A DNA stretch of 64,000 nucleotides from Octopus sinensis (taxonomy: Eukaryota), in the NCBI RefSeq assembly GCF_006345805.1, contig NC_042997.1, forward strand, positions 87,854,001 through 87,918,000, written 5' to 3'. How positions within the stretch are numbered: the first letter of the stretch is position 1; each line of letters begins with the position of its first letter. The notes beneath the pieces are model-generated. The model ran no database searches and was not told the origin of the DNA. It saw nothing but the letters and a program-made list of their open reading frames with translations. A program made the position numbers and the translations under genes. Shown here piece by piece: positions 46,731-61,221 of the stretch.

Positions 46731-48899
46731 TTTTTGTAAACTTACCTTACTTCAAAGTAATCCTGAATCTCAAGAATCTAGTGGTGATGATCTGCACTTA
46801 GAAAAAATCACAGATAGAAATGTAAATTCTAAAGTTTCAAGCAGGTGTATTCTTTATGTAAGTTTGGCAGGAAGATTGTATCTAATAGTGTGAGGTACAT
46901 CTGAGAAAAAAAAATTACACAAAAATATAGTGTTAGATCTTATGATTTACATCTTTAAATCTTCTACACTGTGAAGTATTGTCTGTTTAAGAGCATAGAG
47001 CAGTGTAAACTATAATTTCTATGTTCTATAATTACTTACATATTTACAGCTATATGATAAGTCTGCAACCAGTACTATTTCTAATGTCTGCTTTCACAAC
47101 AATATACAAAATTTTTGAAATTAAAAAAAAAAGCAAAACAAAAAACTATACAACATATAGAAAGTTAAATAGTTTTTGATAGAAGTATATATCTTCTACT
47201 CTCCTTTTAGCAGCATATTTGAATAGTATTTGTACTTTATTTTATAGATCCCTTACAGCTAATTACATGTATATATCTGGTGCACACAAAGACTTTCTTC
47301 CCTTTCAACCTGTTAGCAATCTCACTGCATCTCTTGTGTATCTGTTGGTTTTATATACTGAGTTCATGCTGTCTCTCTTCCTACAGAAAACTAGTATACA
47401 TTATTATGTCAACATGAGAGAGCATATGACTTCAACCATGCCATGGCAGATCTGTTCCCATTTAATCAAAATAACTTTTCTATGCTTACTAAACCTACAG
47501 TTATTCATTGCCTTGAGCTAGGTCTTAAAAACATTGTCACCGTATGGCTCAAATATGTTTAAATATGTTTACATGCATGAAATTTCCATTTTTTTAATCA
47601 GATTTCTTTCTGCTATTTTTCCAAGATTTTAAGATATTCTCTTCCATTTACAGTTGATCTGAAACTTCTACAGATCCCATGTATTACTAATATTGTTATT
47701 AAATACAGTTTCCTAGGTTTTGGTTTATTTCTGTTGCTTTTCAATCAACTTTGCATTAATTTAAATTGCTAGAAACCATCTGCATCAAATCTCAATAGTT
47801 TGTGTGTTGATTTACCAATATACATAAAATAGGAAATATTGTATAAACTCAGATTAATTCATACAGCTACAAAAATAAAAGCAGAAGAAATAAACAAGAA
47901 CACTGCAAAGCATAACTTATCTGGGTAGATATCAACATATGGTTGATAGTTACAGATATGGAATATATTTAGCTAATGGGGTACAGAAAATTCCCATAGA
48001 TATAATGGTGATGGAAATAATTGTAATTGCTACACAAGTTCAAAACTTTCTTGGTGAAAACTACCAAAAACATGCTCTGGTAAACATAGAAAGTAATTAT
48101 AGAACTCATGGAGGTTAAGAACAGGTTCTAGGAACCAGTGGCTTGGATTAACCACCTGGCCACTGGAGCACTCAATCTGACCAGCAATTGGTCTGCATGG
48201 ACAGCTAGGCTTACAACCAACATAGATAAGTCTTCATCCAGCTGTAGATCAATGATGGATGTATAAGGATATGACAGCACTTGAGGTTTTACACTATTGG
48301 ACCTGAGTCATTAGAAATCTGCCTAATTTGATTATATGGTCTTTTGCGGCATCCTTAAAATATCAGACTGTATTATTGGTATTTTTATTTTGGGAAATGA
48401 TAATCAAAAAATTCTATATAACTTAAGATTTTAGACTGATTATAGCTTGTATACAAGAAATCCAGTGTAATTTTACAAATAGTAATCTTGTTTTTATAAT
48501 TGTTAAAGTAATACTAATATGCTACAATGCTATATGGAAATATTTTGAAAATATAAGAAATTATACTTAATTAACTTTTAAATTATACATGTGTTGCTTC
48601 TAATTAAATTTCTTTAATTAAATCATCAGAGAATTAATTTTTTTTTTTTACTGGGACACCTAGAATGAAACATATTAATGCCAAGTTAATTATAACTATA
48701 AACATATTCAAGATTTTGAAAATAACAATACTAATGCCAGTAAATATTTCAAGAGCATTTATTCTTTCAAAAAATTTATTTTCTTTTGTATACACCTTTC
48801 TGTACCTCTCCATAATATAGAATCGGAAAATTCAATATATCTCTGCATTCATAGGTAAATAAAGAAATCAATAATAATAATAATAATAATAACAACGAT

Positions 48900-49780
48900 A
48901 ATACAAGAACATTTTATCTCACTTCTCTTTTGCTTAGCTGAAACTCTGCTGACCATTATAATAAACCAAATTGGCTATGGACACAGATATTATGGGATGG
49001 TAATAAATCATCTTTTATATATAGATGATTTAAAGATTTATTCAAAAGATAACGGCAAACAACTGAAGACTTATTTGCAAATGGTTCAGGAATTTAGAAG
49101 TGATATTTATAAGAAAATGGAGTGGAAAAATGTGCAAAGGTCACTCTAAAAAGAGGAAGACTTCAAAGACATGTGATATATGGTTAGATAATGACATGAA
49201 AATAAAGGAATTATACCAAGAGTAAGTCTATAAATATTGTGGAATAAATGAGCTGTATGAGAAGAGACTTAAGAATAAAAAACAAAAATCAGTTACGAAT
49301 ATCATATGAGCATTACTCAGAATAAATTTAAAGGCTAAAATAAAATAATATACTAATTATATCAGTGATAATTTGTAATTCTAATGAATAAACTTGGAAG
49401 AGGTGAACTGGCAGAATTGCTACCATGCTGGACATAATATTTAGCAGTATTTCTTCTGGCTCTTTACTTTCTGAGTTCAAATGCCACTGAGCTTGACTTT
49501 ACCTTTCGTCCTTTTAGTTAATAAACTAAATAATAAACTAAATAGCAGTCAAGCACTGGGTTGTTGTAACTGACTACGCCTTTCTCTCAAAATTGCTGGC
49601 CTTGTGCCAAAATTAGAAAGAATTAATGATCTTGGAAGATAAACATATTAATGTAATTAAGTAGAAAGATGAGAAAATTATTGTTAGCATTTCAAAATCA
49701 TCAAGGAACCCACCCACCCCCACCCAAAAAATGCATTGACACACTGGTGAAGAATATCAAGTTCACATTCTAAACTGTAG
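48900..49780 (+). pseudogene. old R4/Dong RT fragment between (TAA)n arrays, interrupted by a Nin-like SINE (49400-49620)
   Basis: translation SLLFCLA..GYG..INHLLYIDDLKIYSK..QL..VQEF.SDI..EKCAKVTLKRG. Confidence 0.8.
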
Positions 49781-51603
49781 CATAATAATGATAATAATAA
49801 TAATAATAATAATTATTATTATTATTATTATCATTATTATTGTTATTATTATTATTATCTGAGATCAAAGTCTTCACATCAGAAAGTACCAAATGCATAT
49901 ATTTCTGGTAGATGCAAGCAGAAGATAGAAAAAGACTACTGAAAAGAAACTACTGAAGAGCTCAAAACTAAATCTCAAAGTCATATAAATGCATAACTCT
50001 ACAGAGGAGAATATTTAATGGCTTAGATAAAAAGTCATAGATAGCTAAGCTATTACTTGAATTCCAGGAAAATTGTTTCATCTTTAACATGCCAGAAGAA
50101 AATGCAGAAAGAAGAATATGAAGAAATAAAGAAAAGTAAAAATGATATAAAATTTGTGAAGGCCTTGCAAGTAAGAACATTCAGATATTGCTTTTGGGTG
50201 TAAAATACTTCATGGAAGTTATGCTAAAAATATGATAATCTATTGATGATAAAAATTATGACTGATTGAAAAAATTTCATCGATGGGATAGAACCAATTA
50301 ACAAGAAAGTTTTCAGGTGCTAAAAATATCAACCAAATCTCCCTTAAAAAATATACCTTAATATTTTAAAAGAAGGGACACATTGGATAATTTAGTCACA
50401 GATAAATTATCTCTTTAAAAAGGATAAGATGTTACGGCTGCAATGCTTATGATAAGAAGACTGGTTGATTAAGGCTGACTGGGAGCTAAGCAACAACAGC
50501 ATCAGACTGAATATACAGCAGAATAATGTCAATGAAACTGAATTGAGATTTTGAATGTCTTACAAAGAAAAGCACCATTCCCAGAATGCTATTTTTGATT
50601 TTAGAAAAATTAGTAGAAAATAAAAATATGGATTGCTGATATAGTTTGGCTTGAAAAAGTGCTGACTTCTAATTTTTGAAATATGTAATAAGAAGAGAGT
50701 GTTCAGTGTGCCAAATAGGATTGGTGGTTCAGGGTGAGGGCAAGATCAATGTTTAGAGATAATTAAGCAAGGTAATTAAAAGAAAGTGTTTAAAGAAGTA
50801 TGTGTGTTGGCAGAAGCAAAAATACTCTGAAAGCAAAACAATGGTGAGGAAAACATTTTATGGATTGACCTTCTATTTTATAATGAGCTTATACACACTT
50901 TCTAGTACAGCATCTGTCAAATATTACTAAATATACAACAGACATAAGTAGTATATACTTATTTTCTGACTTATTGAAGTTCAGCTAGTACACACTTCTC
51001 AAAATATTATTTTGAAGATCACTTGTAGCTTTTGAAATAACTTTTGCAAACCAACTAAAATTTCCAAACTACTTTCTCCATAGATGTGCATGCACACACA
51101 CACCACATATGTATCATATTCATACACACAGATAATAAAAATAATACATATAAAAGTATACATACATTAGATAGTCATCATGGTTGAAAATATTGCTCTG
51201 TTAAGAAATTTAGTTCCTATGTGATTTTGGGCTCAGTCCCACCTTGCAGCATCTTGGTCCGTGTTCAACCAAAGGCTTTTGAATAAAATTTGGTAACTAG
51301 AAACTGTGGAAGCCCATCAAAAGGATTGTTCCTGATCTTAGATAGTAGACTTAATCTGTCTCCTGGATTAATATCACCAACTGATCTACAGAATACCTCT
51401 AGCAGTTTTTACTCTGTTACAAGCGTTCATGTCAAGTCTTCAGGCTGAGTATACTCTCCTCTTTTTTGCCTATCGTTTTTGGAGGCTCTGCAAAAGGTCA
51501 TCAGCACAACAATGACTGTGTAATAAAAAAAATCCAGTATATTATAATAATCCTGTACATGTAAAATTCTAAAAGAAAAAGCAATTATTATAATCTCAAG
51601 ATT

Positions 51604-52420
51604 AAGGACGTGAGCTGGCAGAATTGTTAGTGTTGAAGAAATAAATGCTTTGTAGTATTACTTCTGGCTCTTTAAATTGTGAGTTCAAATCCCACTGAGG
51701 TCAACATCATCTTCCATCCTTTTAAGGTTGATAAAATAAAGTACCAGTCAAGTCTTAGGGTCAATGGTATTGATTAAAATCCTTCCCTGAAAATTACTGG
51801 CCTTGTGCCTAAAGAAGAAACCATTGTAATAAGATTAAAAACCATTGTCATGTTGATGATGATAATAGCAACACTAATAATTCTGATTTAAGCGCAAGGC
51901 TAGCAATTTTAAGGGTAGAAGGTAGTAACACCGCATACAGGAATTAACTGACACTTTATTTTATCAACCTTGTAGTGTTGAAAGGCAAAGCTGACATCAA
52001 TTGGATCTGAACTCATAATGTAAGGAGTCAGAACTAATACTGAATGACATTTTTACAAAACATTGATCTCTTACTCAGGCATTGATCTCTTACTCAGGCA
52101 CAAGGCTTTGAATTGGTGGAAGGGAATATTCTTGAATAGATCCCAGTACTTGAGTGGTACATTATTTTTATCAAAGCCAGGGTAATGAAAGACAAAGTTG
52201 ACTTTGGTAGAATTTGAACTCGGTATGTACGAATCTGGGAGAAATACTGTGAGCCCAATGGTTTAGTGATTCTGCCAGTCCATCACCTTTAACATAATAA
52301 TAATTTCTAACAAGGCAGCCAGAAATTTGCAAGGAGATGAAAGGCAATGTTGACTGGCGAGATTTGAGCTTAGATTGTAAGTAGGTGTAATTAAATACTG
52401 TAAGGCATACTACTGTGTCT
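51604..52420. mobile_element. cluster of four Nin/Deu-like SINEs (one +, three -) with a 19-bp tandem duplication at 52061-52098
   Basis: family motifs; cattgatctcttactcagg x2. Confidence 0.7.
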
Positions 52421-54589
52421 ACCATCCTCAGTAATAATAACAATAATAGTAAACATAGTGTTCTAATTCAATGAGCAAATCTAATGATCTGAGAGTGTGA
52501 TGAGCTGCTGTATTTATATACTGTGTATACTATCACTTGTCATTTAATTTCATTTCAATGTAAATCTCTCCACATGCATTTTATAGCCTCTCCCTAATGT
52601 CTCCACCATCAATCATCCTTGTGAAAATAATGAAATAAAAAAAAGAATTTAATATTCTTATTATTCAAATTATTATTTTTGAAAATATTAATATTATTAT
52701 TAATAGTTTAACATGCACTTAAATTATTAGATTTTCTCATTGAATAATAATAAAAAATGTTTAAAAAAATTTATTTACTTCCCCATGTTTATTCCCAAAT
52801 TTTCAGTTTCTTTTATATAGTATTGAATTAGTATCATTCATTGAATCCAGATTTAATCAGAAGCATTTCTCTACACGAAAAGCAAATCAATAAGGTCTTG
52901 AATCCTTTGCGAAATTAAATAGTATTTCCCAGCATTTTTTCACTAAGATAAGGACAGTATTACAATAACATTGTTATTTGTCTGGAACACAACAGTTTTT
53001 GGGTTTTATTTTGCCTTTTCCTAAGATTCATCTAAATAGAATTCAATAGAATTTCAAAATAATGCTGATGACAATGCCATATACTACATTAATGTTATCC
53101 TGTTTGTTTTTTTTATTAGTTTCAAGCTTCAGTAACATTCAATTTCACTGCAGCCCCAGCTCCTCAGCAGATTATACAACATGAAAAAAATATATAATGT
53201 AATGTTATGTGTGTGTCTATTCAGATGAAAAAAGTCACTTGAGAAATCACTGTGCAAGAATCTCTTGCATATTATATATTTATTGCAGATTACTTACTTT
53301 TGTATATTCCTTTTGAACATTGTTTATTTCAATGTAGATATGATTAGATTTCCTATATTTACATATGAGAATTTTATATTTCATCCATTTGTACAGATTT
53401 ATAATATCTATGTGAATCACAGATGGCTGCATTGATAGGATGCCAGACTACTATCCAAAATATCCTGCATCCTATACAACAACATGTCATCTGGCTGAAA
53501 TACATGTTACAAAATAGCCTAGTTTGCATAACTTTTAATTATTACAACAGAGATATAGACTACATCTCCTTAAACAACAGTAGCACTATAAAACCAATAA
53601 GTATTTTGTTAGCTTGCAATGTTGAGTTCCATTATTCCTCCTGTGGTTATATTGGAAAAGGATATATTCTACCAGGTTGATTTATCCAAGAACCACTGCA
53701 TCATGACAGTCCCTTCAGTTGAACACATCTTAATGATTTTATATAGTTTATTTTGAGGTTATTGTTTAACCTCAGGTCAGCCAGACTTGTCAGAGCAGAC
53801 CTATATATGATCAAAACCCTTTCAGCTGTGACCATTCCATCTTTTTAGGATTATGTAAGATTACATTATCTAATGTACCCTTTCCTTATATAAAGCAGTA
53901 GGTATGATGTGACAGAGATTTGGACACTATTTCTTGCTGGTTGCGGAGCCATATAAAGGCTCTCATTGGGTCAGTAACTGTTGAGATAACATTGCTGGAT
54001 GTATTAAAAATATTGGATGACTTGATCATTGGAGATTAAGTTTCCTCTTTGCTATAGATGCTCTGTTATTTATTGGGCAGAATACTTAGCTATTGGGAAA
54101 TTGACATCAGATTTATTGTAAATGTTGTTGTCAATAGACCAGCATATTATATGAAGAAAGATTCATTTCACATCTACATAATGCTACTGAATTCAGTGGA
54201 AATCACCTATTATATAAGCCTCTATGGTTGTTGGATATAGATGTCAGATACAGTTTATATAGAATGTATGTAAGTAGGTATGGCCACATGTTTAGAAAGT
54301 TTGCTTCACAGGCATAAAATTCTAGGCTCATTTCCTAGTGTATAGCACTTTGGTAATTGTCTACTTTAGGTCAAGTTAAATTTTGTGAGTGAAATTAAGT
54401 AGAGAGATAGTGTGAAAGCTTTTTCAGTTATCCTGAAGATTTCTACTGCTACAACTGTTAAACCGAATACAATTAATCACAGCTTCAACAGAAACACAAA
54501 AAAGAATATTAAGGCAGCATTTCTGTCTATTTCATTATAAATGTTAAATGTACGGACTAACTTTACATTAAGGAGCCCTGTAAGTCAGA

Positions 54590-54905
54590 CTTCTTCATGG
54601 CCCCACCAAACAAAATGGAAAAAGCATTGCTCCAGAGGATAGCAAGGAAGATGTGCTGGAATAGCCATTCTGGAGGCCGAGAATGCTGAAGTTCTCCACT
54701 GCCATAGGCTCAACCATAAACCTGTCATAGAGCAACCAATACCTTAACAGTTAGCTTTTCTCAGTTTGATGAGCAGTGGAGCTTGGGCTGGTAGCTGAAC
54801 CCACGAAGCTGCCACTGGTGACAGTGTCATTGCCTTTGGCATCCCAGATGAGGGTGCCTACAGTCACAGAATGGGGGAAAACTGCCATACTGTCAAGCTT
54901 GTAGG
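54590..54905 (-). pseudogene. CRE-clade-like non-LTR retrotransposon restriction-like endonuclease C-terminus
   Basis: translation KLDSMAVFP..LIWDAKGNDT..TEKS*..RY..DRFMVEPMAVENFSILG / EWLFQHIFLAILWSNAFSIL resembles the PD..WDAT..DT..E..K..Y..P.AVET.G..QR.S.A.QRGNA pattern. Confidence 0.7.
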
Positions 54906-55404
54906 CTAAATCATATATGTAATTCAAGGAATCAGTATTGTCACACTGTGCCATTCTGATTCCATCTGTGGATTATGGTAGCAGCATAAGTGTCTGTAGA
55001 ATGCTCAGTCATTTACACTATAATTCAATGAGAAGATAGGTCAGTCTATCTAATTTGGTATTTTTTATTGTTTGTTTTTAGTTTTGTTGCTTTTTGTTGT
55101 TTTGAACTGAAGACTATATTTCCTTTCATTTCAAAGAAATAATTGATTCTTAACATTCATTAATGTGCAGAATATTTATAATGAAAAAATATTAATATTT
55201 ATGAATATTACACATTGTGTTCTGGATAGCTTTAAATGTGTGTGTGGTACATGTGTATATGAGTGTGCATATATACACAAATAGTCACATATTTTTTTTT
55301 TCAATTGTCCATCCATACAAATGAGCTCAACAGGACTACTAATATGCTCAAAAACCTTAGTGTGTCCAGGAATGGCTGACAAATCCAGAATGATACAGTG
55401 TTCT

Positions 55405-55682
55405 AGTGATGAGTGTGTTGCACTCATGACCTAGCAATCATGATTTCAATTCCTAGACAGTGTTGCATTGCGTTCTTGAGCAAAAAACTTCATCTCCTGT
55501 TGCTCTGTGATCACTAAACACTTGACACATGATACACAGTGCACCTGTTCAGACAACGTTGATTTGATGGAGAGAGTGAGCTAATATGTGGCACGAGCAT
55601 TTGGTCACTATAAACAAATCATTTGTGCAAGTCATTCAGCAAAAGCTGACTCTCCTATCATCTTTGATAGGAGAGTCCATCA
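55405..55682 (+). mobile_element. Meta/MESC-like SINE with alternative tail
   Basis: tttcaattcctagac..gcgttcttgagcaaaaaactt. Confidence 0.6.
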
Positions 55683-56579
55683 CGTATATGTATATATATA
55701 CACACACGGAAAATAAAGAAATTTCTTGAATGAGGAAGACTGTGAGGACAGCTTAGAGGATTGGATAAATACTCTTTAGAAGGTAGAAAAATGTGGCCAG
55801 CAAGCCTCTACCAAGAATAAAACCCTGTACCTCTCAAATTCTGGCTGACCGCTCTTAACCATTAAGCTAAGAGAACCCTGATGACAAATTCCATATAATT
55901 ATGATGCTTAATAATAGCCTTTGGAATATGAGAATATTTTCTAAACAAAAAGTGGCCAGCAAGCCTTCACAGGGAATTGAATCCTGCACCTTATTCACAT
56001 ATACAGACATGTGCACACACATACATCTATATATATATGTAGTTTTCAACATTTACTACATTAAATGATACAGTGTATAAAATATAATAGACTTTTAAAG
56101 AAATATGTTGCCACATTTTTTAACTGATATCTAACGTAAACCATAAGGTTTAACAAGATAATGAAATCAGTGAGTGATTTCATAAATGTGAAATTGCATT
56201 AAGTGATTTGCTTTCCACCTCTTGGAACTTTAATCAGTTTCTCAGCTGCTCATTTGTCCCTGTTAACCAAAGGGCTTGTTCTAGATATGATTTGCACACT
56301 TGGAGCCTCTCAATGTATTTGCTAATTCTTCCAAATTTGAAACATCAGCAATGGTTCATGTGTAAGTTTCCACCATGGTAATCTAATTGTAAAGAAAAGA
56401 TATGCTGACATTGAGCAACTACTTTCCAACAGAAAGAGGTTTGTGTTGTATACCAGAACTGCATTAGTAATCCAGACCAACTGACTATTTAGACGGTATG
56501 CATGGAACATTATATATATATTATATTATATTCTTTATCTTCTTTTTATTCTTCCCTCTACCTTTTCTCGTTATTTTAT

Positions 56580-57010
56580 TTTATTTTTGATGTAGGACCA
56601 GTGTCAGAAACATCAAGATTCTTTCCTTTCCTTTCCTTCTTAAATGTTAAACTAATACATTTCTTTTTTGTATTGCGTTCTTTTTTGAGTTCATTACATA
56701 TATATTTTTAATGCTTTTTTACTGCTTCCCATTTCCCACTGCATCTCATTTCCCACAGCCTTCTCACATCATTCTTCCCTCTTTTCTTTCTCCTTTTCTC
56801 TTGCCTGTCTTTAAGCTCCTCCAACCTTTCCACCTTACTCTCACCTTACTATTTTTTCTCACTACCTTTTCTCATTCTTCTATTTTTCTAATGGAGGGCC
56901 AGTGTCTGAAATGCTGAGATATTTTCTCTTCTCTTTAAACATTAAACTAATATAACATTTGTTAAAACTTGTCTCTCCCCTGTTGCAGGTGGTCTACTTT
57001 TTCTTCTCAT
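56580..57010 (+). mobile_element. tandem decayed Penelope-like pLTRs
   Basis: two similar units ~300 bp apart: t(t/c)t(g/a)atg..gg.ccagtgtc.gaaa....aga..ttt..ttaaa..ttaaactaata. Confidence 0.45.
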
Positions 57011-57062
57011 TTCTTAATATATAATGTGTGTGTGTGTATGTGTATATGTGTGTGTGTGTATA

Positions 57063-57104
<42 letters not shown>

Positions 57105-58599
57105 GTATGTGTGTGTGTATCTATACACATGTGTGTGTGCTCATACATACATATGCATTCATTTTTATGGAATGACGGGAAGAGTAAGAGGATTGCTGAA
57201 GAGCGATTAAGCCATAGAAGGGTGAGAACAATGAAAAACGAGGGACTGATAAATCAATGAAATCACAGAATATTTTACTGAAGATAATTTGTGTTGTTTG
57301 TCTTCCTGTTGTAATTCCTTGTTTCATAGCTGTGTTACATCTCTTCTATCAACAAGTAATATAGAAGGATTATTTTTGTTGCAAGTAAAATGTGGAATAA
57401 ACTAATTTACTTAAGCTTATCGCAGGACAAAGACATTGGAGTTTTGGGAAACATTTCGATGAATTCAATTAATTTACTTTATTAATATTCTTTGCATTAA
57501 TGTTAAAAATCAATTATTAAATAAATGAGAGGAAAAATAGCCTTCATGTTAAAAACAGCAAAAGCAACCAATCATATAAACAATAAAAAAACAACTAAGA
57601 ATTTTAACTGGTAAATTTATAGAAATATGAATGAAAGAACTTTAATCTTTAAGACCATTACTGTTTTGAAATTCATATTCTTTTGAAAGCAATCACTATT
57701 TATAGCTTGTTTTTATACTATTTTTTATTGTATTATTTTTAAATTATAGAAATAGTGTTTTAAGATATTAGTCAAATAATCTTTGGAGCTATTTTGAAAT
57801 CAAACATCTCTTCTTCGAACCATTTATAGTTAAGGCTTAGAGATATTGTATATCAGTGTGTAATTTTTTGGCATACAATAGAGTGTGATAATAAACATAT
57901 CCAGCTTCTAATACTTTACACCATTAATTGTTCCTTTAATTCTGCATAATTTAATTCCTTATATTAGAAAGCTGATGGTGATTGGTGAGACAGTAGAGTG
58001 GTGACTAAATGATTTATTTTACTTGTTTACTTTTTTCCTTCTTGGTTTCTCATTCAAATCCCACTCAGATAATTTTTAAGTTCATCTCTTTGGATTAATA
58101 AAATAAATATCAATGATATACTAATTGATTTGGTAAACAATGACCCTACCTTCTACTAACATTGAATTTGGTGTAGAATAAAAGTACCCATATGTTATAA
58201 TATAGAAATCTATGAGTTAGTAGAAATGGCAGGTAGCATTTCATTCATCCAAAGTTGATAAAATAAAAACCAAGTTTTTATAACCAATTAAATTCTTTTC
58301 CTCCAAAATTGTTTAAATCTTGTTTATAGAATATTTTATAATAAAAGATAGAAAGGGCTTTATAACTAGAATGCAGGTTCTTAGTGAGTCAAATTAATTG
58401 ACTCAGTTTTGATTGCTAGCATTTTACATCACTTGCAGCCTTCACTCAGATGTCACTATAAGAATGATCAGTAATTTCTAGGTTACGTATTGTTTTTTTC
58501 AGTATTATTCTTCTTTATGTGATAGAAGAAATTGTAATTCCTTCTGGAAGCTTTTCTGCATTTTCCTGAGTGCAAGCTTTGTCCTTTTTGTTTTTTTAG

Positions 58600-60200
58600 G
58601 TAATTACTTTGCTTAGGATGAAAATGTTTATGGTTTTGCATATACTTGTTTTCATCTGAGTACGTGTCTTATTGGTTTCATGTTTCCTTAAAAATAGTTG
58701 ACTAGTGAATTAATTTGTACTACATATCTCAGAAGTTTGGGCTTTTTTTTAACACTCTATTTTTCTCTTCTTTGATTTATCCTTCTACACTAGAACATTC
58801 AATTTTAACTGCACAGGTTTATGATCTGGTACAAATGTTCTAGACTTATAGTATCTGAATATAAATCTATCAGAATAAGATTGTGTGTGTCATGACTTTT
58901 TTTGGTAGGGGATTATTTATAATGTATAGTAAATTGTATGGTTCAGTGATCAGCAATGTCTACTATTTTTCTAGCAAATTTGTCCTGATAGTGGACATGT
59001 GCCAAATGCTCATCAATGTGAAAGCACTTGAATCAAGTTAAGTACATTTATATAAGTGCTGGGTGGATCTAGAAGTGTCTAAAATCGCACAACAATAGTG
59101 AACCTTATGAGTTTCAAATCTGTTAGGTTTCTTTTTAGGTTATTGCTTATAGCAGTACTTCCTTTCAAGACATTTCACTGTAGTACCAACTCCTGATACA
59201 TCAACTTGATCTTTTGATAACTCATAGATCTTGAATCTATGATTTAGCCAGTTCCATATCAGGGTGTTCAAACTAGACAGTTCTTACTACAACTCATAAT
59301 GTAGCGCATAAGATAGCAAATTCACTTGTATTGAGACTAATACAACTAATGTTTTTATTTCCATGATTTTTTTGGTCCTTGTCATGTTGTTTATTGGCAA
59401 GTGTGTGTCTGTATGTTTTATTGACACTTCAAGAATTTAGGATGTGTTAGCATATTTATAATTTTTGAGAAGTGTTTAATTTGAATCTCTTGTGAAGATA
59501 GCTGCTGATAGATTTTGTAGATTTACAGGCATAGATCTGCCTTTTGTTTTCAAGGTATATCACTAATAAGAATTTTCTCAATAGATATGCTCTTACAAAG
59601 ATGTTTTTCTGTTCATTTTTCTTTTCTTGTTTTTTTTTTCAGGAGACAGGCTTCCCTATGCTTGTTCTTTTTGTTTAGTATTTTTCAACCATCAGTACCT
59701 GGAGATGTAATGTGTCTATATTTTTTGAATTTTATCTTTAAGTTGCTGTTTATTTATTTCCTTTAATTGGGGAATGCTACTTGTTCAGTTAGGTTCTTAG
59801 TGAGAATGGGAGAGAATACTTGTCTTTATGTAGTCATTTCTAGGAGCAGGGCTATTTGTGTTGGTGTTATGAGTTACCTTCAGTTATAGTGTGTGGGGTA
59901 GACACTCGTAATTTTGGCATAAGCTCACAAATTTTGGGAAGATGCATCAATAACTCAATTGATCACAGCACTTAGTTTAAAAGACTGCAATGTCCTTATC
60001 ATGATGTTGGGTGATGTGTATATGTGTATTGGTGATTTAGTGGTTATTGTATGGATTTTACTATGTGTAGGATTGTCAACCTCAGTGGAATTTATTTCCA
60101 GAATGCAAGATGATGAAACTAAATACTACAAGTCATTTGGCCTGGAATGAAATTGTTTTTGATATCCACAATCCTCTTTATATTTTATCGATATAATGAT
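58600..60200 (-). mobile_element. possible highly decayed Penelope-like ORF remnant
   Basis: weak motifs GTCPL and NLLYII near 58900-59010 reminiscent of the PLE Zn-linker/GIY-YIG region; bounds uncertain. Confidence 0.25.
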
Positions 60201-61221
60201 AAACAAATGAATGGTTACCCTATTCAAGTTTCCATTCACAAGTTTTGGTCAACTTCTTTTTATGTTAAAGTAAGCAAGTAGCTTCAAGGATCAATACACA
60301 CAGTATTTCCCACCTTGATTATACATATAAAGTAACAACATAAATTTAAACCTTTCTAAGAAGCCATAAGTATTACATATGTTAGACATCAACAGCATTT
60401 TGTAAGGTTTCTTTGTTTCGGACAGCTGTTCATCCTTTCTAGATTATTGATCTTTTCCATCTCACAAATACTGATAAAGAACATGTCTCCAGAACTTCCG
60501 ATTATGTAGGAGTATATCTCCAGTCTTGGCATTCAGCATTTTGTGACTGAAATTCTATTTTACATACATACATATTTTGACATAATATTAAAGAAGTATA
60601 GTTAATATAAGTATTGTGAAATAGGGTTAAAAGTGTTCTAAGAGGCTGCAACAATGGAAGTTAGAAATAAAGAGTGAAAACAAAAGCAAAACAAAAAAAA
60701 GTAATGGTTTACAATCCATATTTCAATATTTTGGTTTTGATAAGTCTTTAACAAAAGAAAAGAGAAATTGAATTTAATCTGATCTGCACAGCTATATAGG
60801 GATAGAGTTGAATGTGACATGTGCAGATGGGTAGTGTTATATTAAACATTTTGCCTTGTGCAACACTCCAGTGTTGTTGATAGATAGACTTGATTTATTA
60901 ATAACAACCTCCTCGATCTTCAGTTTTCCAATATTCCACTCGATAACGATGGTGATATCTCCTCAGATGTTTACTAACATAAGAAGCATTTGTATGAATA
61001 TGTTCTCCATCATGGATGTGCAATTTGGGAATGAAGATCTGTTTCATTTATTAAGTACAATGTGGTACACCACATAAATCCATAAACCCATTTCCACATA
61101 AGCCATAGAGCAATTACTGCTATGTCTGAATTGATTCCCAAACATATTTTTGCAAGAAAGGCCCAGACTGTGCCAGGTGTATATTTAATCCCTTTCTTTA
61201 GATTATATATATATATATAAA

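Noticed and set aside
54058-54240. 60-aa ORF following a polypyrimidine-AG
   Set aside because: Joined to the phase-1 donor at 25082 it stops within about 10 codons; no homology recognised.
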